64,000 bases of DNA from Bugula neritina (taxonomy: Eukaryota; Animalia; Bryozoa), in the NCBI GenBank assembly GCA_964035545.1, contig CAXIUT010000183.1, forward strand, positions 930,001-994,000, in the 5' to 3' direction. Shown piece by piece: positions 62,501-64,000 of the stretch. Position numbers and translations under genes: made by a program. The notes beneath the pieces were generated by a model. That model searched no databases, was not told the DNA's origin, and saw only the letters and a program-made list of their open reading frames with translations. Positions within the stretch are counted from its first letter, which is position 1, and every line of letters starts with the position of its first letter.

Positions 62501-64000
62501 ACATTGAAAAATACCGCAACATACTGAAATATACTGCGACACATTGCAATATACTGTAACATACTGAAATATGCTGTAGCACACTGAAATACACTGCAAC
62601 ATCCTACAACAAACTGAAATACACTGAAACATATTGAAATACACTGCAAGAAATTGAAATACACTGCAACACAACAAAATATGGTAAACTACTGAAATAG
62701 ACTTTACCACATTGAAAAATACTGCAACATACAGAAATATACTGTAACACACTGAAATATACTGCAACATACTGAAATACACTATAACATACTGAAATAT
62801 ACTGCAACATACTGAAATACCCTGCTACATACTGAAATATACTGCAACATACTGCAACCTGCTGCAACATACTGAAATACGCTGTAACATACTGAAATAC
62901 ACTGCAACATACTACAACATATTGAAATACACTGCAACACATTGAAATGTACTGCAACATACCGAAATATACGGTAATATACTGAAATATACTGTAACAC
63001 ATTGAAAAATACTGCAACATACTAAAATACACTGCAACACACTGAAACACACCGCAAAAAACTACAACATACTGAAATACACTGTAACATATTAAAACAT
63101 ACTGCAACATACTGCAACATACTGAAATACACTGTAACATATTGAAATACACTGCGACACATTGAAATATACTGCAACATACCGAAATATATGGTAAACT
63201 AATGAAATATACTGTAACACATTGAAAAATACCGCAACATACTGAAATATACTGCGACACATTGCAATATACTGTAACATACTGAAATATGCTGTAGCAC
63301 ACTGAAATACACTGCAACATCCTACAACATACTGGACTACACTGTAACATATTGAAATACACTGCAAAACATTGAAAGTTACTGCAACATAACAAAATAT
63401 ATGGTAAACTACTGAAATAGACTTTAACACATTGAAAAATACTGCAACATACTGAAATATACTGTAACACACTGAAGTATACTGCAACATACTGAAATAC
63501 ACTGTAACATACTGAAATATACTGCAACATACTGAAATACACTGCTACATACTGAAATATACTGCAACGTACTGCAACATACTCCAGCATACTGAAATAC
63601 ACTGTAACATACTGAAATACACTGCAACATACTACCACATATTGAAATACACTGCAACACATTGAAATGTACTGCAACATACCGAAATATATGGTAAACT
63701 ACTAAAATATACTGTAACATATTGAAAAATACTGCAACATACTGAAATATACTGCGACACCTAGCAATATACTGTAACATACTGAAATATGCTCTAGCAC
63801 ACTGAAATACAATGCAACTTACTGAAATATACTGCAACATACTTAAATACACTGCAACATCCTACAATATGCTGAAATACACTGTAACATATTGAAATAC
63901 ACTGCAACACTTTGAAATATACTGCAACATATCGAAATATATGGTAAACTACTGCAACATACTACAACATATTGAAATACACTGCAACACATTGAAGTAT
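56575..64000. repeat. 11,814-bp HOR, copy 4 (truncated by window end; no 720-bp duplication)
   Basis: ORF offsets from copy 3 are 12534 (44041/56575, 50070/62604) and return to 11814 past the duplication (51610/63424). Confidence 0.92.

Larger units (their letters stand above)
1..64000. repeat. Satellite DNA array: 10-bp monomer (ACTG[A/C/T]AA[T/C]A[T/C]) organised mainly as a 20-bp dimer CATACTGAAATAYACTGYAA; same orientation throughout
   Basis: Every 10-bp block in the listing is a variant of the same decamer (e.g. 1-40 catactgaaa tatactgcaa catactgcaa catactgaaa). No unique sequence or reverse-complement monomers were seen, and the array runs off both window ends. Confidence 0.99.

Noticed and set aside
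237-63852. Hundreds of minus-strand ORFs encoding C/Y/V/F/S/Q-rich peptides
   Set aside because: They overlap in all three frames with the same rotating motif (CCSIFQYVAVYFSMLQYISV), which is the expected translation of a stop-free 20-bp repeat. Repeat periods and indels ignore codon phase, and there is no recognisable domain.
1-64000. CRISPR array or other repeat-spacer system
   Set aside because: There are no unique spacers: sequence between the marker words is the same degenerate decamer. No cas-like or other real genes are present.
1-64000. Telomerase-synthesised telomeric tract (short unit with strand skew)
   Set aside because: The unit lacks G-runs, and variants are inherited in multi-kb blocks, which indicates recombinational amplification rather than templated addition. 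A subtelomeric location cannot be excluded.
1-64000. Assignment to a named decamer satellite (e.g. Drosophila Prodsat AATAACATAG) or to a taxon
   Set aside because: The consensus does not match any family I can recall with confidence; a database search is required.

Overview
The whole 64 kb is one uninterrupted, single-orientation satellite DNA array, most likely eukaryotic heterochromatin (organism and chromosomal position cannot be determined from the sequence). I find no credible gene, RNA gene, transposon or CRISPR array. The base unit is a 10-bp monomer (consensus ACTG[A/C/T]AA[T/C]A[T/C]) that mostly alternates as a 20-bp dimer, CATACTGAAATAYACTGYAA (~30% GC; + strand A-rich and G-poor). 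Above this is a nested hierarchy. ~250-bp and ~210-bp subunits are marked by rare words (GGTAAAC, GCGACAC, GCT[G/C]TAGC, TCCTACAA). The left domain (1 to ~16.5 kb) has kb-scale block repeats with periods 1988 and 5117/5118. The right domain has periods 986, 2506 and 5578 and culminates in a young 11,814-bp higher-order repeat (HOR) present ~3.5 times from ~21.7 kb to the window end. HOR copy 2 has a 1,267-bp deletion and copy 3 has a 720-bp duplication. Periods were derived from coordinate offsets of near-identical ORF-track entries and checked by eye at junctions; boundaries are approximate to within tens of bp. All listed ORFs are minus-strand artefacts of a stop-free repeat consensus.
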